Below, in pieces: positions 26,201 through 39,100 of a DNA stretch of 64,000 bases. The DNA lies in assembly GCA_964016885.1 (NCBI GenBank), contig OZ024742.1:378510001-378574000 (forward strand). The letters are read 5' to 3'. The position numbers and the translations under genes were made by a program. The number at the start of each line of letters is the position of its first letter. Within the stretch, counting starts at the first letter, position 1. This DNA comes from Eledone cirrhosa (lineage: Eukaryota). Under the pieces are notes generated by a model. It did no database searches. It was not told the DNA's origin and worked only from the letters and a program-made list of their open reading frames with translations.

Positions 26201-29200
26201 TTGTATTATGTTCTGGTCATTTGTAGCTCTATTGTAGCACTCAGCAGTCTATTGTATTAATGTTGTGGTCATTTGTAGTGTATTGTAGCACTGAGCAGTC
26301 TGTTGTATTAATGTTGTGGTCATTTGTAGCTCTATTGTAGCACTGAGCACTTTATTGTATTAATGTTGTGGTCATTTGTAGTCTATTGTAGCACAGAGCA
26401 GTCTATTGTATTAGTGTTGTGGTCATTTGTAGCTCTATTGTAGCACTGAGCAGTCTATTGTATTAATGTTGTGGTCATTTGTAGTCTATTGTAGCACTGA
26501 GTAGTCTATTGTATTAATGTTGTGGTCATATGTAGCTCTATTGTAGCACTGTGCTGTGTATTGTATTAGTGTTGTGGTCATTTGTAGCTCTATTGTAGCA
26601 CTGAGCAGTCTATTGTATTAATGTTGTGGTCAGTTGTATTCTATTGTAGCACTGAGCAGACTATTGTATTAATGTTGTGATCATTTGTAGTATATTGTAG
26701 TTCTGAGCAGTCTATTGTATTGATGTTGTGGTCATTTGTAGTCTATTGTAGCACTGAGCAGTCTATTGTATTAATGTTGTGGTCATTTGTAGTCTATTGC
26801 AGCACTGAGCAGTCTATTGTATTAATGTTGTGGTCATTTGTAGTCTATTGTAGCACTGAGCAGTCTATTGTATTAATGTTGTGGTCATTTGTAGCTCTAT
26901 TGTAGCACTGAGCAGTCTATTATATTAATGTTGTGGTCATTTCTAGTCTATTGTAGCACTGAGCTGTCTATTGTATTAATGTTGTGGTCAATTGTAGCTC
27001 TATTGTAGCACTGAGCAGTCTATTGTATTAATGTTGTGGTCATTTGTAGTCTATTGTAGCACTGAGCAGTGTATTGTATTAATGTTGTGGTCATTTGTAG
27101 CTCTATTGTAGCACTGAGTAGTGTATTGTATTAATGTTGTGGTCATTTGTAGTCTATTGTAGCACTGACCATTCTATTGTATTAATGTTGTGGTCATTTG
27201 TAGCTCTATTGTAGCACTGAGCAGTCTATTGTATTAATGTTGTCGTCATTTGTAGCTCTATTGTATCACTGAGCAGTCTATTGTATTAATGTTGTGGTCA
27301 TGTGTAGTCTATTGTAGCACTGAGCTGTCTATTGTATTAATGTTGTGGTCATTTGTAGCTCTATAGTAGCAATGAGCAGTCTATTGTATTAATGTTGTGG
27401 TAATTTGTAGACTATTGTAGCACTGAGCAGTGTATTGTATTAATATTGTGGTCATTTGTAGTCTATTGTAGCACTGAGCAGTCTATTGTATTAATGTTGT
27501 GGTCATTTGTAACTCTATTATAGCACTGAGCAGTCTATTGTATTAATGTTGTGGTCATTTGAAGTCTATTGTAGCACTGAGCAGTCTATTGTATTAATGT
27601 TGTGGTCATTTGTAGTCTATTGTAGCACTGAGCAGTCTATTGTATTAATGTTGTGGTCATTTGTAGTCTATTGTAGCACTGAGCATGGTATTGTATTAAT
27701 GTTGTGGTCATTTGTAGTCTACTGTAGCACTGAGCAGTCTATTGTATTAATGTTGTGGTCATTTGTAGTTCTATTGTAGCACTGAGCATTGTATTGTATT
27801 AATGTTGTGGTCATTTGTAGTCTATTGTAGCACTGAGCAGTCTATTGTATTAATGTTGTGGTCATTTGTAGCTCTATTGTAGCACTGAGCAGTCTATTGT
27901 ATTAATGTTGTGGTCATTTGTAGCTCTATTGTAGCACTGAGCATTGTATTGTATTAATGTTGTGGTCATTTGTAGTCTATTGTAGCACTGAGCAGTCTGT
28001 TGTATTAATGTTGTGGTCATTTGTAGCTTTATTGTAGAACTGAGCACTCTATTGTATTAATGTTGTGGTCATTTGCAGCTCTATTGTAGCACTGAGCCGT
28101 GTATTGTAATAGTGTTGTGGTCATTTGTAGCTCTATTGTAGCACTGAGCAATCTATTGTATTAATGTTGTGGTCAGTTGTATTCTATTGTAGCACTGAGC
28201 AGACTATTGTATTAATGTTGTGGTCATTTGTAGTATATTGTAGTTCTGAGCAGTCTATTGTATTGATGTTGTGGTCATTTGTAGTCTATTGTAGCACTGA
28301 GCAGTCTATTGTATTAATGTTTTGGTCATTTGTAGTCTATTGTAGCACTGAGCAGTCTATTGTATTGATGTTGTGGTCATCCGTAGTCTATTGTAACACT
28401 GAGCAGTCTATTGTATTAATGTTGTGGTTATTTGTAGCTCTATTGTAGCACTGAGCAGTCTATTATATTAATGTTGTGGTCATTTGTAGTCTATTGTAGC
28501 ACTGAGCAGTCTATTGTATTAGTGTTGCGGTCATTTGTAGCTCTATTGTAGCACTGAGCAGTCTATTGTATTAATGTTGTGGTCACTTGTAGTCTATTGT
28601 AGCACTGAGCAGTCTATTGTATTAATGTTGTGGTCATTTGTAGCTCTATTGTAGCACTGAGCAGTCTATTGTATTAATGTTGTGGTCATTTGTAGCTCTA
28701 TTGTAGCACTGAGCAGTCTATTGTATTAATGTTGTGGTCATGTGTAGCTCTATTGTAGCACCGAGCAGTCTATTGTATTAATGTTGTGGTCATTTGTAGT
28801 CTATTGTAGCACTGAGCAGTATATTGTATTAGTGTTGTGGTTATTTGTAGCTCTATAGTAGCACTGAGCAGTCTATTGTATTAATGTTGTGGTCAGTTGT
28901 AGTCTATTGTAGCACTGAGCAGTCTATTGTATTAATGTTGTGGTCATTTGTAGCTCTATTGTAGCACTGAGCAGTCTATTGTATTAATGTTGTGGTCATT
29001 TGTAGTCTATTGTAGCACTGAGCAGTCTATTGTATTAGTGTTGTGGTCATTTGTAGCTCTATAGTAGCACTGAGCAGTCTATTGTATTAATGTTGTGGTC
29101 ATTTGTAGCTCTATTGTAGCACTGAGCAGTCTATTGTATTAATGTTGTGGTCATTTGTAGCTCTATTGTAGCACTGAGCAGTCTATTGTATTAATTTTGT

Positions 29201-30585
29201 GGTCATTTGTAGCTCTATTGTAGCACTGAGCATTGTATTGTATTAATGTTGTGGTCATTTGTAGTCTATTGTAGCACTGAGCAGTCTATTGTATTAATGT
29301 TGTGGTCATTTGTAGCTCTATTGTAGCACTGAGCAGTCTATTGTATTAATGTTGTGGTCATTTGTAGCTCTATTGTAGCACTGAGCATTGTATTGTATTA
29401 ATGTTGTGGTCATTTGTAGTCTATTGTAGCACTGAGCAGTCTATTGTATTAATGTTGTGGTCATTTGTAGCTCTATTGTAGCACTGAGCAGTCTATTGTA
29501 TTAATGTTGTGGTCATTTGTAGTCTATTGTAGCACTGAGCAGTCTATTGTATTAGTGTTGTGGTCATTTGTAGCTCTATTGTAGCACTGAGCAGTCTATT
29601 GTATTAATGTTGTGGTCATTTGTAGTCTATTGTAGCACTAAGCAGTCTATTGTATTAGTGTTGTGGTCATTTGTAGCTCAATAGTAGCACTGAGCAGTCT
29701 ATTGTATTAATGTTGTGGTCATTTGTAGCTCTATTGTAGCACTGAGCATTGTATTGTATTAATGTTGTGGTCATTTGTAGCCTATTGTAGCACTGAGCAG
29801 TCTATTGTATTAATGTTGTGGTCATTTGTAGTCTATTGTAGCACTGAGCAGTCTGTTGTATTATGTTCTGGTCATTTGTAGCTCTATTGTAGCACTCAGC
29901 AGTCTATTGTATTAATGTTGTGGTCATTTGTAGTGTATTGTAGCACTGAGCAGTCTGTTGTATTAATGTTGTGGTCATTTGTAGCTCTATTGTAGCACTG
30001 AGCACTTTATTGTATTAATGTTGTGGTCATTTGTAGTCTATTGTAGCACAGAGCAGTCTATTGTATTAGTGTTGTGGTCATTTGTAGCTCTATTGTAGCA
30101 CTGAGCAGTCTATTGTATTAATGTTGTGGTCATTTGTAGTCTATTGTAGCACTGAGTAGTCTATTGTATTAATGTTGTGGTCATATGTAGCTCTATTGTA
30201 GCACTGTGCTGTGTATTGTATTAGTGTTGTGGTCATTTGTAGCTCTATTGTAGCACTGAGCAGTCTATTGTATTAATGTTGTGGTCAGTTGTATTCTATT
30301 GTAGCACTGAGCAGACTATTGTATTAATGTTGTGATCATTTGTAGTATATTGTAGTTCTGAGCAGTCTATTGTATTGATGTTGTGGTCATTTGTAGTCTA
30401 TTGTAGCACTGAGCAGTCTATTGTATTAATGTTGTGGTCATTTGTAGTCTATTGCAGCACTGAGCAGTCTATTGTATTAATGTTGTGGTCATTTGTAGTC
30501 TATTGTAGCACTGAGCAGTCTATTGTATTAATGTTGTGGTCATTTGTAGCTCTATTGTAGCACTGAGCAGTCTATTATATTAATG
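23270..30585 (+). repeat. Near-perfect 3655-bp (71-mer) tandem duplication
   Basis: Private variants recur at exactly +3655: TTTCTAG 23288/26943, TGCGG 24872/28527 and the 1-bp deletion TATTATGTTCTGG ~26208/29863. ORF pairs are 23891/27546, 24509/28164 and 26720/30375. Confidence 0.95.
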
Positions 30586-33100
30586 TCGTGGTCATTTGTA
30601 GCTTTATTGTAGCACTGAGCAGTCTATTGTATTAATGTTGTGGTCATTTGTAGCTCTATTGTAGCACTGAGCAGTCTATTGTATTAATGTTGTGGTCATT
30701 TGTAGTCTATTGTAGCACTGAGCAGTCTATTGTTTTAATGTTGTGGTCATTTGTAGCTCTATTGTAGCACTGAGCAGTCTATTGTATTAATGTTGTGGTC
30801 ATTTGTAGCTCTATTGTAGCACTGAGCAGTCTATTGTATTAATGTTGTGGTCATTTGTAGTCTATTGTAGCACTGAGCAGTCTATTGTATCAGTGTTGTG
30901 CTCATTTGTAGCTCTATAGTAGCACTGAGCAGTCTATTGTATTAATGTTGTGGTCAGTTGTATTCTATTGTAGCACTGAGCAGACTATTGTATTAATGTT
31001 GTGGTCATTTGTAGTATATTGTAGTTCTGAGCAGTCTATTGTATTGATGTTGTGGTCATTTGTAGTCTATTGTAGCACTGAGCAGTCTATTGTATTAATG
31101 TTGTGGTCATTTGTAGCTCTATTGTAGCACTGAGCAGTCTATTATATTAATGCTGTGGTCATTTGGAGTCTATTGTAGCACTGAGCAGTCTATTGTATTA
31201 GTGTTGTGGTCATTTGTAGCTCTATTGTAGCACTGAGCAGTCTATTGTATTAATGTTGTGGTCAGTTGTAGTCTATTGTAGCACTGAGCAGTCTATTGTA
31301 TTAATGTTGTGGTCATTTGTAGCTCTATTGTAGCACTGAGCAGTCTATTGTATTAATGTTGTGGTCATTTGTAGCTCTATTGTAGCACTGAGCATTGTAT
31401 TGTATTAATGTTGTGGTCATTTGTAGTCTATTGTAGCACTGAGCAGTCTATTGTATTAATGTTGTGGTCATTTGTAGCTCTATTGTAGCACTGAGCAGTC
31501 TATTGTATTAATGTTATTGTCATTTGTAGTCCATTGTAGCACTGAGGAGTCTATTGTATTAATGTTGTGGTCATTTGTAGCTCTATTGTAGCACTGAGCA
31601 GTCTATTGTATTAATGTTGTGGTCATTTGTAGTCTATTGTAGCACTGAGCAGTCTATTGTATTAGTGTTGTGGTCATTTGTAGCTCTATAGTAGCACTGA
31701 GCAGTCTATTGTATTAATGTTGTGGTCAGTTGTAGTCTATTGTAGCACTGAGCAGTCTATTGTATTAATGTTGTGGTCAGTTGTAGCTCTATTGTAGCAC
31801 TGAGCAGTCTATTGTATTAATGTTGTGGTCAATTGTATTCTATTGTAGCACTGAGTAGTCTATTGTATTAATGTTGTGGTCATATGTAGCTCTATTGTAG
31901 CACTGTGCCGTGTATTGTATTAGTGTTGTGGTCATTTGTAGCTCTAGTGTAGCACTGAGCAGTCTATTGTATTAATGTTGTGGTCAGTTGTATTCTATTG
32001 TAGCACTGAGCAGACTATTGTATTAATGTTGTGATCATTTGTAGTATATTGTAGTTCTGAGCAGTCTATTGTATTGATGTTGTGGTCATTTGAAGTCTAT
32101 TGTAGCACTGAGCAGTCTATTGTATTAATGTTGTGGTCATTTGTAGTCTATTGTAGCACTGAGCAGTCTATTGTATTAATGTTGTGGTCATTTGTAGTCT
32201 ATTGTAGCACTGAGCAGTCTATTGTATTAATGTTGTGGTCATTTGTAGCTCTATTGTAGCACTGAGCAGTCTATTATATTAATGTCGTGGTCATTTGTAG
32301 CTTTATTGTAGCACTGAGCAGTCTATTGTATTAATGTTGTGGTTATTTGTAGCTCTATTGTAGCACTGAGCAGTCTATTGTATTAATGTTGTGGTCATTT
32401 GTAGTCTATTGTAGCACTGAGCAGTCTATTGTATTAATGTTGTGGTCATTTGTAGCTCTATTGTAGCACTGAGCAGTCTATTGTATTAATGTTGTGGTCA
32501 TTTGTAGCTCTATTGTAGCACTGAGCAGTCTATTGTATTAATGTTGTGGTCATTTGTAGTCTATTGTAGCACTGAGCAGTCTATTGTATTAGTGTTGTGC
32601 TCATTTGTAGCTCTATAGTAGCACTGAGCAGTCTATTGTATTAATGTTGTGGTGAGTTGTATTCTATTGTAGCACTGAGCAGACTATTGTATTAATGTTG
32701 TGGTCATTTGTAGTATATTGTAGTTCTGAGCAGTCTATTGTATTGATGTTGTGGTCATTTGTAGCCTATTGTAGCACTGAGCAGTCTATTGTATTAATGT
32801 TGTGGTCATTTGTAGCTCTATTGTAGCACTGAGCAGTCTATTATATTAATGTTGTGGTCATTTGGAGTCTATTGTAGCACTGAGCAGTCTATTGTATTAG
32901 TGTTGTGGTCATTTGTAGCTCTATTGTAGCACTGAGCAGTCTATTGTATTAATGTTGTGGTCAGTTGTAGTCTTTTGTAGCACTGAGCAGTCTATTGTAT
33001 TAATGTTGTGGTCATTTGTAGCTCTATTGTAGCACTGAGCAGTCTATTGTATTAATGTTGTGGTCATTTGTAGCTCTATTGTAGCACTGAGCATTGTATT
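30150..33100 (+). repeat. Diverged duplication at offset 1699 (33 monomers)
   Basis: AATGTCGTGG at 30582/32281, GTGCTCATT at 30901/32600 and ORFs 30375/32074 match. Several substitutions distinguish the two copies. Confidence 0.85.
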
Positions 33101-36100
33101 GTATTAATGTTGTGGTCATTTGTAGCTCTATTGTAGCACTGAGCAGTCTATTGTATTAATGTTGTGGTTATTTGTAGCTCTATTGTAGCACTGAGCAGTC
33201 TATTGTATTAATGTTGTGGTCATTTGTAGCTCTATTGTAGCACTGAGCAGTCTATTGTATTAATGTTGTGGTCATTTGTAGTCTATTGTAGCACTGAGCA
33301 GTCTATTGTATTAGTGTTGTGGTCATTTGTAGCTCTATAGTAGCACTGAGCAGTCTATTGTATTAATGTTGTGGTCAGTTGTAGTCTATTGTAGCACTGA
33401 GCAGTCTATTGTATTAATGTTGTGGTCAGTTGTAGCTCTATTGTAGCACTGAGCAGTCTATTGTATTAATGTTGTGGTCAATTGTATTCTATTGTAGCAC
33501 TGAGCAGACTATTGTATTAATGTTGTGGTCATATGTAGTCTATTGTAGCACTGAGCAGTCTATTGTATTAGTGTTGTGGTCATTTGTAGTCTATTGTAGC
33601 ACTGAGCAGTCTATTGTATTAATGCTGTGGTCAGTTATATTCTATTGTAGCACTGAGCAGACTATTGTATTAATATTGTGGTCATTTGTAGTCTATTGTA
33701 GTACTGAGCAGTCTATTTTATTAATGTTGTGGTCATTTGTAGCTCTATTGTAGCACTGAGCATTGTATTGTATTAATGTTGTGGTCATTTGTAGTCTATT
33801 GTAGCACTGAGCAATCTATTGTATTAATGTTGTGGTCATTTGTAGTTCTATTGTAGCACTGAGCAGTCTATTGTATTAATATTGTGGTCATTTGTAGTCT
33901 ATTGTAGCACTGAGCAGTCTATTGTATTAATGTTGTGGTCATTTGTAGTCTATTGTAGCACTGACCAGTGTATAGTATTAATGTTGTGGTCATTTGTAGC
34001 TCTATTGTAGCACTGAGCATTGTATTGTATTAATGTTGTGGTCATTTGTAGTCTATTGTAGCACTGAGCAATCTATTGTATTAATGTTGTGGTCATTTGT
34101 AGTTCTATTGTAGCACTGAGCAGTCTATTGTATTAATGTTGTGGTAATTTGTAGTCTATTGTAGCACTGAGCAGTGTATTGTATTAATGTTGTGGTAATT
34201 AGTAGTCTATTGTAGCACTGAGCAGTGTATTGTATTAATATTGTGGTCATTTGTAGTCTATTGTAGCACTGAGCAGTCTATTTTATTAATGTTGTGGTCA
34301 TTTGTAGTCTATTGTAGCACTGAGCAGTCTATTGTATTAATGTTGTGGTCATTTGTAGCTCTATTGTAGCACTGAGCAGTCTATTGTATTAATGTTGTGG
34401 TCATTTGTAGTCTATTGTAGCACTGAGCAGTCTATTGTATTATTGTTGTGGTCATTTGTAGTCTATTGTAGCACTGAGCAGTCTATTTTATTAATGTTGT
34501 GGTCATTTGTAGTCTATTGTAGCACTGAGCAGTCTATTGTATTAATGTTGTGGTCATTTGTAGCTCTATTGTAGCACTGAGCAGTCTATTGTATTAATGT
34601 TGTGGTCAGTTGTATTCTATTGTAGCCCTGAGCAGACTATTGTATTAATGTTGTGGTCATTTGTAGTCTATTGTAGCACTGAGCAGTCTATTGTATTAGT
34701 GTTGTGGTCATTTGTAGTCTATTGTAGCACTGAGCAGTCTATTGTATTAATGATGTGGTCAGTTATATTCTATTGTAGCACTGAGCAGACTATTGTATTA
34801 ATGTTGTGGACATTTGTAGTCTATTGTAGCACTGAGCATTGTATTGTATTAATGTTGTGGTCATTTGTCGTCTATTGTAGCACTGAGCAGTCTATTGTAT
34901 TAATGTTGTGGTCATTTGTAGCTCTATTGTAGCACTGAACAGTCTATTGTATTAATGTTATGCTCATTTGTAGTCTATTGTACCACTGAGCTGTCTATTG
35001 TATTAATGTTGTGGTCATTTGTAGATCTATAGTAGCACTGAGCAGTCTATTGTATTAATGTTGTGGTAATTTGTAGTCTATTGTAGCACTGAGCAGTGTA
35101 TTGTATTAATATTGTGGTCATTTGTAGTCTATTGTAGCACTGAGAAGTCTATTGTATTAATGTTGTGGTAATTTGTAGTCTATTGTAGCACTGAGCAGTC
35201 TATTGTATTAATGTTGTGGTCATTTGTAGCTCTATTGTAGCACTGAGCAGTCTATTGTATTAATGTTTTGGTCATTTGAAGTCTATTGTAGCACTGAGCA
35301 GTCTATTGTATTAATGTTGTGGTCATTTGTAGTCTATTGTAGCACTGAGCAGTCTGTTGTATTAATGTTGTGGTCATTTGTAGCTCTATTGTAGCACTGA
35401 GCAGTCTATTGTATTAATGTTGTGGTAATTTGTAGTCTATTGTAGCACTGAGGAGTGTATTGTATTAATATTGTGGTCATTTGTAGTCTATTGTAGCACT
35501 GAGCAGTCTATTGTATTAATGTTGTGGTCATTTGTAGTCTATTGTAGCACTGAGCAGTCTATTGTATTAATGTTGTGGTCATTTGTCGTCTATTGTAGCA
35601 CTGAGCAGTCTATTGTATTAATGTTGTGGTAATTTGTAGTCTATTGTAGCACTGAGCAGTGTATTGTATTAATATTGTGGTCATTTGTAGCTCTATTGTA
35701 GCACTGAGCAGTCTATTGTATTAATGTTGTGGTCATTTGTAGTCTATTGTAGCACTGAGCAGTCTATTGTATTAATGTTGTGGTCATTTGTAGCTCTATT
35801 GTAGCACTGAGCAGTCTATTGTATTAATGTTGTGGTAATTTGTAGTCTATTGTAGCACTAAGCAGTGTATTGTGTTAATATTGTGGTCATTTGTAGTCTA
35901 TTGTAGCACTGAGCAGTCTATTGTATTAATGTTGTGGTAATTTGTAGTCTACTGTAGCACTGAGCAGTTTATTGTATTAATGTTGTGGTCATTTGTCGTC
36001 TATTGTAGCACTGAGCAGTCTATTGTATTAATGTTGTGGTAATTTGTAGTCTATTGTAGCACTGAGCAGTGTATTGTATTAATATTGTGGTCATTTGTAG

Positions 36101-39100
36101 CTCTATTGTAGCACTGAGCAGTCTATTGTATTAATGTTGTGGTCATTTGTAGTCTATTGTAGCACTGAGCAGTCTATTGTATTAATGTTGTGGTCATTTG
36201 TAGCTCTATTGTAGCACTGAGCAGTCTATTGTATTAATGTTGTGGTCATTTGTAGTCTATTGTAGCACTGAGCAGTCTATTGTATTAATGTTGTGGTCAT
36301 TTGTAGCTCTATTGTAGCACTGAGCAGTGTATTGTATTAGTGTTGTGGTCATTTGTAGCTCTATTGTAGCACTGAGCAGTCTATTATATTAATGTTGTGG
36401 TCATTTGTAGTATATTGTAGCACTGAGCAGTCTATTGTATTATTGTTGTGGTCATTTGTAGTCTATTGTAGCACTGAGCAGTCTATTTTATTAATGTTGT
36501 GGTCATTTGTATTCTATTGTAGCACTGAGCAGTCTATTGTATTAATGTTGTGGTCATTTGTAGCTCTATTGTAGCACTGAGCAGTCTATTGTATTAATGT
36601 TGTGGTCAGTTGTATTCTATTGTAGCCCTGAGCAGACTATTGTATTAATGTTGTGGTCATTTGTAGTCTATTGTAGCACTGAGCAGTCTATTGTATTAGT
36701 GTTGTGGTCATTTGTAGTCTATTGTAGCACTGAGCAGTCTATTGTATTAATGCTGTGGTCAGTTATATTCTATTGTAGCACTGAGCAGACTATTGTATTA
36801 ATGTTGTGGACATGTGTAGTCTATTGTAGCACTGAGCAGTCTATTTTATTAATGTTGTGGTCATTTGTAGCTCTATTGTAGCAATGAGCACTGTATTGTA
36901 TTAATGTTGTGGTCATTTGTAGTCTATTGTAGCACTGAGCAGTCTATTGTATTAATGTTGTGGTCATTTGTAGTCTATTGTATCACTGAGCAGTCTATTG
37001 TATTAATGTTGTGGTCATTTGTAGCTCTATTGTAGCGCACTGAGCAGTCTATTGTATTAATGTTGTGGTCATTTGTAGTCTATTGTAGCACTGAGCAGTC
37101 TATTGTATTAATGTTGTGGTCATTTGTAGCTCTATTGTAGCACTGAGCAGTGTATTGTATTAGTGTTGTGGTCATTTGTAGCTCTATTGTAGCACTGAGC
37201 AGTCTATTATATAAATGTTGTGGTCATTTGTAGTCTATTGTAGCACTGAGCAGTATATTGTATTATTGTTGTGGTCATTTGTAGTCTATTGTAGCACTGA
37301 GCAGTCTATTTTATTAATGTTGTGGTCATTTGTAGTCTATTGTAGCACTGAGCAGTCTATTGTATTAATGTTGTGGTCATTTGTAGCTCTATTGTAGCAC
37401 TGAGCAGTCTATTGTATTAATGTTGTGGTCAGTTGTATTCTATTGTAGCCCTGAGCAGACTATTGTTTTAATGTTGTGGTCATTTGTAGTCTATTGTAGC
37501 ACTGAGCAGTCTATTGTATTAGTGTTGTGGTCATTTGTAGTCTATTGTAGCACTGAGCAGTCTATTGTATTAATGCTGTGGTCAGTTATATTCAATTGTA
37601 GCACTGAGCAGACTATTGTATTAATGTTGTGGACATTTGTAGTCTATTGTAGCACTGAGCAGTCTATTTTATTAATGTTGTGGTCATTTGTAGCTCTATT
37701 GTAGCAATGAGCATTGTATTGTATTAATGTTGTGGTCATTTGTCGTCTATTGTAGCACTGAGCAGTCTATTGTATTAATGTTGTGGTCATTTGTAGCTCT
37801 ATTGTAGCACTGAGCAGTCTATTGTATTAATGTTGTGGTCATTTGTAATCTATTGTACCACTGAGCTGTCTATTGTATTAATGTTGTGGTCATTTGTAGC
37901 TCTATAGTAGCACTGAGCAGTCTATTGTATTAATGTTGTGGTAATTTGTAGTCTATTGTAGCACTGAGCAGTGTATTGTATTAATATTGTGGTCATTTGT
38001 AGCTCTATTGTAGCACTGAGCAGTCTATTGTATTGATGTTGTGGTCAGTTGTATTCTATTGTAGCCCTGAGCAGACTATTGTTTTAATGTTGTGGTCATT
38101 TGTAGTCTATTGTAGCACTGAGCAGTCTATTGTATTAGTGTTGTGGTCATTTGTAGTCTATTGTAGCACTGAGCAGTCTATTGTATTAATGCTGTGGTCA
38201 GTTATATTCAATTGTAGCACTGAGCAGACTATTGTATTTATGTTGTGGACATTTGTAGTCTATTGTAGCACTGAGCAGTCTATTTTATTAATGTTGTGGT
38301 CATTTGTAGCTCTATTGTAGCAATGAGCATTGTATTGTATTAATGTTGTGGTCATTTGTCGTCTATTGTAGCACTGAGCAGTCTATTGTATTAATGTTGT
38401 GGTCATTTGTAGCTCTATTGTAGCACTGAGCAGTCTATTGTATTAATGTTGTGGTCATTTGTAATCTATTGTACCACTGAGCTGTCTATTGTATTAATGT
38501 TGTGGTCATTTGTAGCTCTATAGTAGCACTGAGCAGTCTATTGTATTAATGTTGTGGTAATTTGTAGTCTATTGTAGCACTGAGCAGTGTATTGTATTAA
38601 TATTGTGGTCATTTGTAGTCTATTGTAGCACTGAGCAGTCTATTGTATTAATGTTGTGGTCACTTGTCGTCTATTGTAGCACTGAGCAGTCTATTGTATT
38701 AATGTTGTGGTAATTTGTAGTCTATTGTAGCACTGAGCAGTGTATTGTATTAATATTGTGGTCATTTGTAGCTCTATTGTAGCACTGAGCAGTCTATTGT
38801 ATTAATGTTGTGGTCATTTGTAGTCTATTGTAGCACTGAGCAGTCTATTGCATTAATGTTGTGGTCATTTGTAGCTTTATTGTAGCACTGAGCAGTCTAT
38901 TGTATTAATGTTGTGGTCATTTGTAGTCTATTGTAGCACTGAGCAGTCTATTGTATTAATGTTGTGGTCATTTGTAGCTCTATTGTAGCACTGAGCAGTG
39001 TATTGTATTAGTGTTGTGGTCATTTGTAGCTCTATTGTAGCACTGAGCAGTCTATTATATTAATGTTGTGGTCAGTTGTATTCTATTGTAGCCCTGAGCA

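Noticed and set aside
3241-35975. Same substitutions appearing in both internal GTCTATTGTA copies (GTGTATT, GACTATT, GCCTATT, GTTTATT), suggesting intra-monomer conversion
   Set aside because: With over 1,200 monomers and only three possible changes per site, parallel single-base variants are expected by chance. This cannot be supported without counts.
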